The notes beneath the pieces were generated by a model. That model had not been told where the DNA came from, did no database searches, and saw nothing but the letters and a program-made list of their open reading frames with translations. Shown here piece after piece: positions 28,477 to 45,600 of a stretch of 64,000 nt of DNA. A program made the translations under genes and the position numbers. This stretch comes from Chrysomallon squamiferum (taxonomy: Eukaryota > Animalia > Mollusca), in contig CM022665.1 of the NCBI GenBank assembly GCA_012295275.1, forward strand, positions 15,996,001 through 16,060,000. Reading direction: 5' to 3'. Every line of letters starts with the position of its first letter. Within the stretch, counting starts at the first letter, position 1.

Positions 28477-28808
28477 AATGTTAAAACAAATAAAATTCAG
28501 CTACAATTATTTGTTACTGTTATGTCATCTTTTCAGTAAATTGCCCCATGACTACTTACTAGAGAGAGGTAAAGACAGTCATCAAAGCCATTGTTTTCGT
28601 AGACTGAGTGAGTCCGTGAATAATTTACTATTTACCAGATTTATAATGCAGGACACTCCATAAAGTAAAACAAAATGTTATTTTTTTAAAACATATTTTT
28701 TATTCAAGATAAGATTAACTTTCAAGTGTCACTGAAAAATACAGCTGTCAGTGGTAAAGATCTCTATGGTTTTGATTAGTTCTACGATGTGATACACAAC
28801 GGTGTGAT

Positions 28809-29946
28809 TTACATCTGAAACACAATAATAATAACAGTAACAATAATAATAATAATAATAATACAACAACAATTAATAATAATAACTAATACCTAATAAT
28901 AATAATAACAACAATTAATAATAATAACTAATAAGTAATAATAATAATAAAAGGGCATCTACTATAGTGTAAGTAAGAAAAACAGTATTAATAGCAGAAG
29001 CAAGAATACAGATAAATTATTAATGTTTCGTATTATAATTATAATTATTATTATTAATATTATTATTATTACTACTACTAAACATGGCTTTGGTTGAATT
29101 TAGGTGTTAATGCTGTTGTTTTGGATTGTTGATGCTTCTTTAATTTTCTTTCTGGTTTTTTTTTTTTTTTTTTGTGGTATTTTTTTGTGTTGAGGGTTGT
29201 GTGTTTTTTTGTGTGTTTTTTAAACTTAACGTATATATATAACTGTATTTATTTAAACCTCTGTTTCTTTATACCCCACTAGGTGGTTCTTCGCTCGACT
29301 CTTCTTCTTTCTTCAGTTCCTCTTCAATTTGTGATTCTTCATTTTCTTCTTCAACAATTTCTTCAGCTGCCTCTTTGGCTTGTTCTTCTATATCCTGTTT
29401 ATTTTCTGCATCGGCTTCGTTTATTTCTTCATCCATTCCCCCGGTCATTTCTTTCACAGCATCGCTAATTATTTTGTCAATGGTGTCTGCTGCTTTTATC
29501 AGAGTCTCGGCAGCCTCTGTTTCTTTCCTCTGAGCCAGAACGTTACCTAACAGTCGCAAGTTGTCTGACAGGTCGAGCAAGCCTTCGGGAGATTCGTCAT
29601 CATCATCATCATCATCATTGCCATCATCCAACATCCCAATCAGACCACCATCATCATCTTCATCATCATCATCGTCATCACCAATTAAAGAATCCAACAA
29701 AGAATCATCATCATCATCACCACTCAAAGCGGCCTCAAGTGATACCACAAGTTCTTCATCGGAACCGTCCATACCTTTAAACAGTGCTTCATCGTCGCAG
29801 TTGTCACCTAAACACAGTATTTCAGTTGAAACAACATTTAAACACTCAGTATAGTAAAGAAGAAAGAAAATGTCTTTAAATGTGGAACATTATATATATA
29901 TATATATATATATATATTCTATATTTTATTTATTTTATTATTTATT

Positions 29947-29981
<35 letters not shown>

Positions 29982-30505
29982 TATTATTATTATTATTATT
30001 ATTATTCCATGTGTAGAATCAAAATAATATAAATAATATAATCCAGTATATGAAGGTTTCTTAGACACGATAAAAATGTATTGTTATTAGAAAACAACAT
30101 TGCAGATTAGTTAAAACGGATCTTTTAAGAGAAATGGATCATTTAAAAGTACCATTTCATGGAGAGAAATGGAAATATTCCCAGTTACTCGTCTATCACA
30201 AATTGTTTTCTTTTTTTCCTTTAATAACGACATTCAAGTCTAAACTTTCAAAGTCAGAAATTCGTAACATTAATTATTTCTTTATAACTGATGTTATCTT
30301 ACGTTTAAACCAGTAGTGTTAAATATCATAAACATTTTAAGAAAACTGACTTGAAGTGAGCAAAAATCTTAGACGTAGCTGAAATATTTTTATTATAGTT
30401 TATGGAATAAACAGAATTACTGGACCTACCTCCATCTTCAACTGTTATTCTGTAGGCGAAGGCTGTGGTTGCCAAAAGACACAGGAGGAAAATACAAAAT
30501 CTCAT
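28809..30505 (-). CDS. Secreted Asp/Glu-rich acidic protein, copy 1 (~204 aa)
   Basis: Coding exons 30505-30430 (signal peptide MRFCIFLLCLLATTAFA|YRITVEDG), 29807-29275 (GDNCDDEALFKG...EEPPSG) and inferred 28814-28809 (ATG TAA). Non-coding exon 1 ends at 30916; TATA at ~30989-30995; AATAAA at ~28700. Confidence 0.88.
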
Positions 30506-33379
30506 CTATAAATAGAAACTGAAATGTAATATCTATTTGTTTCTTCGTGTCTTGTTTCTTTGTTCTTCATTAATTTAATTTTGAATATTATTTTTTTTAT
30601 CGACTATAGATTTATAGTATTCCATAATCTGATTTCATAGTTTTGTTGCTATTTTTGTTCGAAGAGTAAATGGACTAAATATATTCTGTATACTTCCAAA
30701 TGTTTTGTTTTAAAAGCTCCAAAGCTGCAGTTCATAGATGGTTTACACACGAAATTCTGAATAAATTTGTATATTACATTCTATTAATTTATCTCTACTC
30801 ACGATATTATTTTTTATCAAGTACCGGTTTTAACACAATAATTTTATTTCAAACTAAAAATGTTTTGTTTCCAAATCTTATCAAATAATTTAATTAGAAT
30901 AAAATAGTAAATTACCTTTTTCGTTCAAATAGATGTGGTATACTTGCTTGCTGCAGACAGGTTGAAGCTGATGTCGTAGAAGTGGTCTTTTTATAATCAC
31001 TAACATGCTAATTCGCTAACAGCTGCTTCTTGCAATGAATTAAAATGGAATATCCAATGAGGAATTTTACATTAAATTTACATTGGTCAGATAATTTATG
31101 TTTAGAATACACGTTACTGATTTTAGGATTAGATTATTGCTTTGTTTCGAAGTCTTTGTGCCATTAATTTCTCTTTTCATGTGGTGTTCAAGTTTGCTAA
31201 TAAATACTAATAGTAATGTTATTATTCATTTCAGAACTAATTGAAAAACTAACAGATAAACAACACATACTGGCAACATAGTATTCTTGCTACGTTCATT
31301 AGAAAAACAAATACACTAAACACATTCTGATTATGTCCAAATTTTGTATTTGAAAACCTCCACATCTACAGTACATTGACAGCATAAACACAAAACACAT
31401 AAGTGTATATTACATTCTCTTAATTTAACCTTGAAAAGCAGGAACTTTAACGGATGGTTCAGCCTTAGCCCTAATTTGTGGAGCAAAAGAAAATTAATCT
31501 TCACCAACTGATATTCACACTTCCTAACATATGAAATTCTAAACTTTGGTTTAACAAACTATAAGCCATTAATTGCTTCAAATACTTAAGAAAATCATAC
31601 AGTGTCAGTAAAATATCATTTTTAAAGTCGGCATCAAACAGAATATTAAATATATGAATAGGATTAATTATATTTGTCTCATCATGATAAATTCTAGAAG
31701 GTATCTTATCTTAGTTTACTTCCTGTTAAACATGACTGATATTCCTGTGCTTTATCATATAGTTTATCTGACAGATGGACGTCAAATGTTTGGACAGGGA
31801 CTCAATTTCAATGCTTGCCGTAGGCACCATTTTCCGTACATATGCCTCTACGACTAATTTGTCATTCACAGTAAGGTATTGTAGGTATAAAACGGAAATG
31901 TATTTTGTTCGAACAAAGGTCCTTAGCGCTTATAAGTGAAATTCAAAGAAATTATTTACATATTTTTATGCAGATTTACTTAAACACTAATTTGTCATTC
32001 TGTTCACCATTCCGATTATATATGTAATTTAAAATAAAAAGGTGGCATTTGAGTACGTGAGTTTGATTCACACGTAACTGAAGGGATAGATTTATTTTGT
32101 TTAACGACACCATGGCTCTGAATTTGTTAACTTTATGTATTAGTTCGTGAAGCTCTTGCTGTTTCCTATAATTAGTCTTCATAACGAAGTTGCTCCGTTT
32201 TTTTCCACTAACAACTAAAGAATGTTTTATCTGTTCCTACCCGTTGTTAGCAAAGCTCCTTACGTCTGTCTCTGATAAACGAGTCGTTGGGAATGGACAG
32301 AAGCGAAGAATAACACAATGAGTCTTCTGAGGTGAATTGATCAATCAACTTTCACACCTTATATTTAAAAAAAAAATTTTTGTAATATTTACCATATATC
32401 GTTGACATCTTTCATTACTTCAAAAAGAAAAAAAATCTAACGCCAAACAAGAATGTCTCTGTAAATATTCAAGACTTAATTTGAGCTCATCTGCAATATT
32501 TTTATCATTATACTATTAAATGAATATTCTCGCTTTGACGCAGGTGCAGATAAATCAGTTTTGATACTTACAGCTTCAATGCGATTGACATATATTTGTA
32601 ATATGAAAATTTATTATGACCTTCGTGTCTGAATAAATTATAAAGTTATGAACTACAACGGTGTTATAACGTATTTTCGTGCTACTTTGGCTAGTGCTCT
32701 ACTCGATGTGCTGATCTACATGGAGCAAATTGTACTTTGGTGTGTGATCTACGTGACTATTTTAATTATCATTTTCTTTATTCCTGGTTCTTTTCTTATT
32801 ATTATTTTAACGGCATAAATGAAACAGAATTTCCTTTTATTGTATATTTATAATTTATAGGAAAAGGGCTAAAAATGTAAAACAAATTGTGTGACAAGAT
32901 TTTGACCGCCTAGGAAAATGTCTATGAAATGGCTAGGACATTTTTCAAAGTGACACTTAGAGAATAATCTCTGACATTTTTATTCTGCGATGATCATTTA
33001 AATGATTCTGCTACATGCATTGTTTTTATGAAACTACTGTTCGTTTCGTTTTTCTCCATTATGCTCTTTCGAAATGTCCAAATCTTAGACACCCTTGTCA
33101 GATATTGTTTCTTGTACAAAACGTTGTTCTGTATAACTGTAATTATTCTTTATATTTAATCAGTGTTCCATTATAAATGGTTATAATCTTGAAGAGACAC
33201 AGGCCAATGAAATATTAAAACAGTAAAACAAATTATTTTGATTTCAAATATATGTATTTATTGATGATACAACTATATTTCAAAAATACAATGATGAGCA
33301 TTCAACATGAATACTTTCGAGTATTTATGAGCTTTGTGTGAACTGCGAGGTCATCGAAGATGGAGTGATGTCACCTGAT

Positions 33380-35146
33380 TTACATCTGAAACGAAATATA
33401 ATAATAATAATAATAATAATAACAATGATAATAATAATAAAATGTCATTATTGTCAGTGGTATCAACCAAAGGAAGAATAAAGATATTGATTAGTATCAA
33501 TGTTTCGATCTTACAGTTAAAGTTTTTCACTTCAGAGCAATAGCTGTGCTAGTGGAACTAACATTAGTAGCTGCAGTGGCAGTACTAGTCCAAGTTGTAG
33601 TGGCATTTGTTATACTAGATGTAGTGGTAACAGTGTTGGTAGTACTATTAGTACTAATAGTAATTAGAAGTAGTACTACTACTAGTATTAGTACTAGTGT
33701 TAGAAGTAGTAGGGTAGTTGTAATTGAATTTGTAGTAGTAACGTTTACAATATATTACGGTAAATGCTTCGTTTCCGTATTCATTAGTTAATTACTTTGT
33801 TTTCGATAGTCGTTTTTAGATTACTTTCTATCTAATTGTTTATATTTAAACTTATATTTTCTTATACCCTTCTAGGTGGTTCCTCGCTCGACTCTTCTTC
33901 TTTCTTCAGTTCCTCTTCAATTTGTGATTCTTCATTTTCTTCTTCAACAATTTCTTCAGCTGCCTCTTTGGCTTGTTCTTCTATATCCTGTTTATTTTCT
34001 GCATCGGCTTTGTTTATTTCTTCATCCATTCCCCCGGTCATTTCTTTCAGAGCATCGCTAATTATTTTGTCAATGGTGTCTGCTGCTTTTATCAGAGTCT
34101 CGGCAGCCTCTGTTTCTTTCCTCTGAGCCAGAACGTTACCTAACAGTCGCAAGTTGTCTGACAGGTCGAGCAATCCTTCGGGAGATTCGTCATCATCATC
34201 ATCATCTTCGTCCTCATCATCGCCATCATCCAACATCCCAATCAGCCCACCATCATCATCTTCGTCATCATCACCATCATCACCAATTAAAGAATCCAAC
34301 AAAGAATCATCATCGTCATCACCACACAAAGCGGCCTCAAGTGATACCACAAGTTCTTCATCGGAACCGTCCATACCTTTAAACAGTGCTTCATCGTCGC
34401 AGTTGTCACCTAAACACAGTATTTCAGTTGTAACAACATTTAGTAAACAGTATAGTAAAGAAGAAAGAAAATGTCTTTAAATGTGGAACATTATATATAT
34501 ATATATATATTTATTTAATTATTTATAATAATAATTATTATTATTATTGTTCTTCTTGTTCTTCTTCTTCTTATTATTATTCGATGTGTAGAATCAAAAT
34601 AACATATACAAATATAACAATACTGATATAAAAATTATTATAATCCAATATATGAAAGTTTTTTAGACACTATAAAAACTTTTTATAAATCTTATATAGT
34701 GAAAAATAAAAATCTATTGTTATTAGAAAGCCACATGGGAATTAGATCAGTTAAAACGGATCCTTTTAAGAGAAATGGATCATTTAAAAGTACCATTTCA
34801 TGGAGAGAAATGGAAATATTCCCAGTTACTCATTTATCACAAATTGTTTTCTTTTTTTCCTTTAATAACGACATTCAAGTCTAAACTTTCAAAGTCAGAA
34901 ATTCGTAACATTAATTATTTCTTGATAACTGATGTTATCTTACGTTTAAACCAGTAGTGTTAAATATCATAAACATTTTAAGAAAACTGACTTGAAGTGA
35001 GCAAAAATCTTAGATGTAGCTGAAATATTTTTATTATAGTTTATGGAATAAACAGAATTACTGGACCTACCTCCATCTTCAACTGTTATTCTGTAGGCGA
35101 AGGCTGTGGTTGCCAAAAGACACAGGAGGAAAATACAAAATCTCAT
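33380..35146 (-). CDS. Secreted Asp/Glu-rich acidic protein, copy 2 (~207 aa; extra Cys in AALCG)
   Basis: Coding exons 35146-35071, 34409-33868 and inferred 33385-33380. Non-coding exon 1 ends at 35623; TATA at ~35696-35702. Confidence 0.88.
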
Positions 35147-37272
35147 CTATAAATAGAAATAGAAATATAACGCTTTTATTTGTTTCTTCAGTTAATCTCT
35201 ACATAAAATCAACATTTATCGTAATCCACAGCTTAAATACATGTATATTTCGTTATAATAATAATAATAAGAAGAAGAAGAAGAAAGAATAAATATGTTC
35301 TATATACTTCGAAATACTGGTATCCATTCGCTAAGTATGCATTGAGGAGATAAATTGATGGAATTCAATATTTTGTAGTTGTGTTATGTTACAGTGTAAT
35401 TTTGGAAATAATAAATAGGAAGTATGGACAATCGTATTAGACAATTTTGACAGCCTTCACAGGAACAGTTCATTACTGGTTTAAACACGAAACAACACTG
35501 TATATTATTTTTAGATATTCATACTTTCAGAATTTCAAACATTATAGAAATATTTAGTCTTAAAATATGGTTTTCTTTCGAATCATACACAAATTAATTA
35601 ACTAAAATACGTTTTAATTTACCTTGTTGGATGAAGTAGATGCAGTATTCTTGCTGGCAGCAGAGAGAATGAAGTTGATGTCGTAGATGGCGTCTTTTTA
35701 TAACCACTAATATGCTAATTAGTTAACAGGTGCTTCTAGTAATGAATTCAAACAGAATAGCCAGTGAGCAGTTTTACATTTAATTTACATTGGTTAGATC
35801 ATTTATGTTCAGAATACACCTTACTGATGTTAGGATTAGATTTTTGCTTTGTTTCGAAGTCTGCGTGTATATTCATTTTCTTTTCATGTGGTGTATAAGT
35901 TTGCTAATGAAGTACTAATAGTAATATTGTTATTCAACACAGAGAGGTCAGTTCAAAACTAACAGATAAACAACAGAAAATAATAACAACAACAGCTGAA
36001 CCTGATATCGGTTAACCTTCGAACACAGGAACAATAAAGGGTGGTTCAGCCATATGTCTAATGTGTGGCGCCAACGAACATAAAACTTCACCAGTAGAAA
36101 CTCACAGTTCTGAGTATATTAAAAGGATTCCAGCATGACGACGTATTCTACAATATTGTTAAATATACCTTATCATAGGGTCAATTCAGATGAAATTTTA
36201 GCAACAGGTATAAATAGATATGTTACTCATATTTGTTTTGACCTTACACATTTCTTGAAGTAAGCGTTCAGGACATTTTTATAGTTTTATGTGTATGATA
36301 TATTGTGTCAATCAGAGCCGTAATTAAGAAATGGCAAGTATGCCACTTGTCCTGGGGCAAGACCTAAAGGTGACGCCGCTGAGCACTTTCATTTAAAAGT
36401 GACTGATATTTTATAGCTGATTTGATGACGTAGTTATCTGAAAGATTTGGACAGGGTCTCAGTTTCAGCTCTTGACGTGTAGTCGGCATCAAAGAGAATA
36501 ATAACTGTGTGAATAGGATTCCAGTATATTTGTCTCATCATGATAAATTCTAGAAGGTATCTTATCTTACTTTCTAAACTTGACTGATACTTCTTTGCTG
36601 TCTTTATCATACAGTTTACCTGACAGATGGATGTCAAATGTTTGAACAGGGTTTCAGTTTTAGTACTTGCACCATTTTCCGTACATGTGCCTCTACGACT
36701 AATCTGTCATTCTCATTAAGTTATAATCGACATGAACGGAAATGTATTTGGTTCGAACAAAGGTTCTTAGCGTTTTTAAGTGAAATTCAAAGGAATTATT
36801 TACAAATGTTTATACCGATTTTCTTAAACACATACTTGCCATTCTGTTCACCATTCCGATTATATATGTAATTTAAAATCAAAAGGTGGCGTTTGAGTAC
36901 GTGAGTTTGATTCACACGTAACTGAAGGGATACTTTTATTTTGTTTAACGACACCATAGCTCTGAACTGGTTAATTTTATGTATTAGTTCGTGAAGCTCT
37001 TGCTGTTTCCTATAATTAGTCTTCATAAGGAAGTTGCTCCTTTTTTTTCCACTAACAGCTGAAGAATGTTTTATCTGTTCCTACCCGTTGTTAGCAAAGT
37101 TCCTTACGTCTGTCTCTGATAAACGAGTCGTTGGGAATGGACAGAAGCGAAGAATAACACAATGAGTCTTCTGAGGTGAATTGATCAATCAACTTTCACA
37201 CCTTATATTTAGAAAAAAATATAATTTTAATATTTGCTATATGTCGTTGACATCTTTTATTAGTACAATATG
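33860..37272. repeat. Left arm of a near-identical ~3.4-kb inverted duplication (right arm ~41497-44927)
   Basis: 35150-37270 is an almost base-for-base reverse complement of 41497-43615. The ORF track shows identical 76-aa and 77-aa ORFs on opposite strands (36796/41739 and 36638/41894). Confidence 0.92.
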
Positions 37273-37549
37273 TGTATATATATATTTGATGTGACAAGTG
37301 CAACAAACTGTGTGACAAGATTTTGGGCTAAGTATTTTTTAATAACTCTGGATTTATATTTAGTTCAGTAATAACATAGAATTTCATATAGTGAAAAATG
37401 TGAGTTTTAGTTGGCTCCACACTTCTGGGCTATGGCTGCACCATCCTTTATAGTTCCTGCGTTCCAGGCTTAACCTATAACACGTCCAGTTCTCGCTGTT
37501 GTCAGTGTTTTGTATTTATCTATTAATTTTGAACCGACCACTCTGAAAT

Positions 37550-37800
37550 GAATAATAATATTACTATTAGTATTTCTTTAGCAAACCTAAACACCACATG
37601 AACAGAAAATTAATGTATACATAGACTAGAAAACAAAGCAACAATCTAATCCTAAGATCAGTAAGGTGTATTATGTATATAAATTCTCTGACCAGTGTAA
37701 ACTTAAGGTAAAGTTCCTCATTCGATATTCCATTTGAATTGATTATAAAGAAGCAGATGTTAGGGAATTAGCATGTTGGTGATTATAAAAAGATCATTTC
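37550..37800 (+). promoter_or_regulatory. Conserved ~250-bp TATA promoter module shared by acidic-gene copies 1-4
   Basis: Same ordered blocks TTACTATTAGTA..TTAGCAAAC..ACACCACATG..AATCTAATCCTAA..ATCAGTAA..ACCA(A/G)TGTAAA..AATTAGCAT..TATAAAA here, at 42840-43070 (+), 35695-35925 (-) and 30988-31220 (-). Confidence 0.75.
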
Positions 37801-38491
37801 TACGATATCAACTTCGTCCTCTCTGCAGCTAGCAAGAATACAGCATTCACTTGAACGATCAAGGTAATTTAATATTTTGTCATGATTCAATTATTTGATT
37901 ATGACTGCAAACAAACCGATTTTTGATTTGTTTTAAATTCAAATAAATCATTTCAATAATATTTCGAAATGTTCTTTAAACCAGTAATAACTCAAATAAA
38001 TTTCATGAATAGAGATAAATTAATAGAATGTAATACATACACTTACATAGTTTTCTGTTTAAACTATTAATAAACTGTGACTGCGGAAATAGTCAATAAA
38101 TTTGGAAGTATACAGAATATGTTTAGTCTACTTCTTCTTTTCATAACAGTAGCAAGAATACTATGAATTTAACTTGTGAAATACAATCAGTCAAAATAAA
38201 ATTCTCCTTTTTTTATACAGATTTCACAAAAATGTTTAAAATTAAATTAACCAAAACGTAGATGTTTCTTCAAACTAATTTAGAAGTAAATTTCAAATTT
38301 AAATGAACATTTTGATAAAAACAAATAAAGACAAAAACAAATAAAATGAATAAATAAGTAAAACAAATTCAGTAAATAAAGAAGTAATATTAAATAATTA
38401 AGTAAACAAAACAACTCATTAGTTAAATAAATAAATAAATAAACACTCGAAGAAACAAACATATTTATTATAGTTATACTTCTATTTACAG

Positions 38492-40087
38492 ATGAGATTT
38501 TGTATTTTCCTCCTGTGTCTTTTGGCAACCACAGCCTTCGCCTACAGAATAACAGTTGAAGATGGAGGTAGGTCCAGTAATTCTGTTTATTCCATAAACT
38601 ATAATAAAAATATTTCAGCTACATCTAAGATTTTTGCTCATTTCAAGTCAGTTTTCTTAAAATGTTTATGATATTTAACACTACTGGTTTAAACGTAAGA
38701 TAACATCAGTTATCAAGAAATAATTAATGTTACGAATTTCTGACTTTGAAAGTTTAGACTGGAATGTTGTTACTAAAAGAAAAAAAAAAAAAAAAAAAAT
38801 TTGTGATAGACGAGTAACTGGGAATATTTCCATTTCTGTCCATGAAATGGTACTTTTAAATGATCCATTTCTCTTAAAAGATCCGTTTTAACTAATCTAA
38901 TTCCCATGTGGCTTTCTAATAACAATAGATTTTTATTTTTCACTATATAAGATTTTTAAAAAGTTTTTATAGTGTCTAAAAAACTTTCATATATTGGATT
39001 ATAATAATTTTTATATCAGTATTGTAACATTTGTATATGTTATTTTGATTCTACACATCGAATAATAATAATAATAAGAAGAAGAAGAAGAAGAAGAATA
39101 ACAATAATAATAATAATTATTATTATTATAAATAATTAAATAAATATATATAATGTTCCACATTTAAAGACATTTTCTTTCTTCTTTACTATACTGAGTG
39201 TTTAAATGTTGTTTCAACTGAAATACTGTGTTCAGGTGACAACTGCGACGATGAAGCACTGTTTAAAGGTGTGGACGGTTCCGATGAAGAACTTGTGGTA
39301 TCACTTGAGGCCGCTTTGAGTGGTGATGACGATGATGATTCTTTGTTGGATTCTTTAATTGGTGATGACGATGATGATGATGAAGATGATGATGGTGGTC
39401 TGATTGGGATGTTGGATGGTGGCGATGATGAGGACGATGATGACGAATCTCCCGAAGGCTTGCTCGACCTGTCAGACAACTTGCGACTGTTAGGTAACGT
39501 TCTGGCACAGAGGAAAGAAACAGAGGCTGCCGAGACTCTGATAAAAGCAGCAGACACCATTGACAAAATAATTAGCGATGCTCTGAAAGAAATGACCGGG
39601 GGAATGGATGAAGAAATAAACGAAGCCGATGCAGAAAATAAACAGGATATAGAAGAACAAGCCAAAGAGGCAGCTGAAGAAATTGTTGAAGAAGAAAATG
39701 AAGAATCACAAATTGAAGAGGAACTGAAGAAAGAAGAAGAGTCGAGCGAGGAACCACCTAGAAGGGTATAAAGAAAGAGAGGTTTAAATAAATACAGTTA
39801 TATATATACGTTAAGTTTTAAAAAACCACATGTACCCTACTACTTCTAATTACTATTAGTACCAATATTGTTACCAACACTGTTACCACTACACCTAGTA
39901 TAACAAATGCCACTACAACTTGGACTAGTACTGCCACTGCAGCTACTAATGTTAGTTCCACTAGCACAGCTATTGCTCTGAAGTGAAAAACTTTAACTGT
40001 AAGATCGAAACATTGATACTAATCAATATCTTTATTCTTCCTTTGGTTGATACCACTGACAATAATGACATTTTATTATTATTATCA

Positions 40088-40138
<51 letters not shown>

Positions 40139-40154
40139 TTCGTTTCAGATGTAA
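38492..40154 (+). CDS. Secreted Asp/Glu-rich acidic protein, copy 3 (~203 aa)
   Basis: TATAAAA at 37784; non-coding exon 1 to 37863; coding exons 38492-38567, 39236-39765 and inferred 40149-40154; AATAAA at ~40272. Confidence 0.88.
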
Positions 40155-41463
40155 ATCAGGTGACATCACTCCATCTTCGATGACCTCGCAGTACACACAA
40201 AGCTCATAAATACTCGAAAGTATTCATGTTGAATGCTCATCGTTGTATTTTTGAAATATAGTTTTATCTTCAATAAATAAATATATTTGAAATCAAAATA
40301 ATTTGTTTTACTGTTTTAATATTTCATTGGCCTGTGTCTCTTCAAGATTATAACCATTTATAATGCAACACTCATTAAATATAAAGAAATAATTACAGTT
40401 ATACAGAACAACGTTTTGTACAAGAAACAACATTTGACCAGGGTGTCTAAGATTTGGACATTTCGAAAGAGCATAATGGACAAAAACGAAACGAACAGTA
40501 GTTTCATAAAAACAATGCATGTAGCAGAATCATTTAAATGATCATCCCAGAATAAGAATGTCAGAGATTATTCCCTTAAAGTCACTTTGAAAAATGTCCT
40601 AGCCATTTCACAGACATTTTTCTAGGCGGTCAAAATCTTGTCACACAATTTGTTTCACTTGTCACACTAAAGATATTTTTGTGATTTAGATATCCAGAAA
40701 CAAACAGTGCAAAATAGAAAGAAAGAAACAGGACGATAAACAAACAAACAAACAAACAAAATTGATGCAATTCTTGCTCATACAATGTTTCTTTTTTTTT
40801 AAACTAGTATCTTATTGCTGCTGCCTCCACCATGACTACCACCACCAGCATCGTCACAATCATCACCGACGCTATCATCATGATCATCATATTCTTCTTT
40901 TCTTTCTGACACTATTTAAAGCATTTTAAGGAAACTGGTTGAGAATATTTATTTTGGAAATCATGTCGTGGAAGACATTAAGATCCAAAAAATCATAATT
41001 AAAAACATATTGAAAATATCTTATGATGTCATTTTACTTCATAACTTTATAATGTATTCAGAAACGAAGGTCATAATAAATTTTCATATTACCAATATAT
41101 GTCAATCGCATTGAAGCTGCAAGTATCAAAACTGATTTATCTGCACCTGCGTCAAAGCGAGAATAGTCATTTAATAGTATAATGATAAAAATATTGCAGA
41201 CGAGCTCAAATTGTCTTGAATATTTACAGAGACATTCTTAACAGAATTAAACGAACTCTTGTATGATTTTAGATATATATATATGTGTGTGTGTGTGTGT
41301 GTTATGTTACAGGTGTAATTTTGGAAATAATAAATAGGAAGTATGGACAATCGTATTAGACAATATTGACAACCTCCACAGGAACAGTTAATTACTGGTT
41401 TAAACACGAAACAACACTGTATATTATTTTTAGATATTCATACTTTCAAAATTTCAAACATTT

Positions 41464-45233
<3,770 letters not shown>

Positions 45234-45234
45234 A

Positions 45235-45600
45235 TCACACCGTTGTGTATCACATCGTAGAACTAATCTAAGCCCATAGAGATCTTTACCACTGACAGCT
45301 GTATTTTTCAGTGACACTTGAAAGTTAATCTTATCTTGAATAAAAAGTATGTTTAAAAAAAATAACATTTTGTTTTACTTTATGGAGTGTCCTGCATTAT
45401 AAATCTGGTAAATAATAAAATATTCATGGACTCACTCAGTCTGCGAAACTACGCTGTGATGACTGTCTTTATATTTCTCTAATAAGTAATCATGGGGCAA
45501 TTTACTGAAAAGAAGACGCAACACTAACAAATATATTTATCTGAATTTTATAGCATTTTAAATGTCGGTTATGTTATCATAACTGCTGCTATCTTCCTCT
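45235..45600 (-). pseudogene. Inverted, diverged copy of the last codons and 3' flank of the SUEL/CUB receptor gene
   Basis: Reverse complement of ~45560-45600 reads GAAGATAGCAGCAGTTATGATAACATAACCGACATTT, against GAAGATACCAGCTGTTATGATAATATAACCGACATTT at 28438-28474; similarity continues through 28480-28810. Confidence 0.75.

Noticed and set aside
29269-29772. Acidic ORFs as intronless cytosolic or nuclear acidic proteins starting at MDGSD
   Set aside because: The start is GTG in three copies; the frame extends upstream to a conserved acceptor and joins a signal-peptide exon.
29561-29854. Poly-Ser ORFs (also 34154, 39189, 44342, 45950) and 61-aa MVxRSTLL ORFs
   Set aside because: Antisense readings of the GAT/GAA-rich acidic exons; the spliced signal exon, promoter and polyA signals are all on the acidic strand.
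36434-37026. Repeated 67-77 aa ORFs (also 31976, 41739, 41894, 42128) as a second gene family
   Set aside because: Their identity reflects the recent DNA duplication; the older copy at 31.6-32.2 kb is frameshifted or truncated relative to them; they overlap a SINE-like remnant and show no coding features.
39480-39770. Acidic protein as a neuropeptide or toxin precursor cleaved at RK/KK/RR
   Set aside because: No repeated amidated (G-K/R) peptide units and no Cys-rich mature domain; KK and RR are not conserved in copies 1 and 5. Not fully excluded, but weakly supported.
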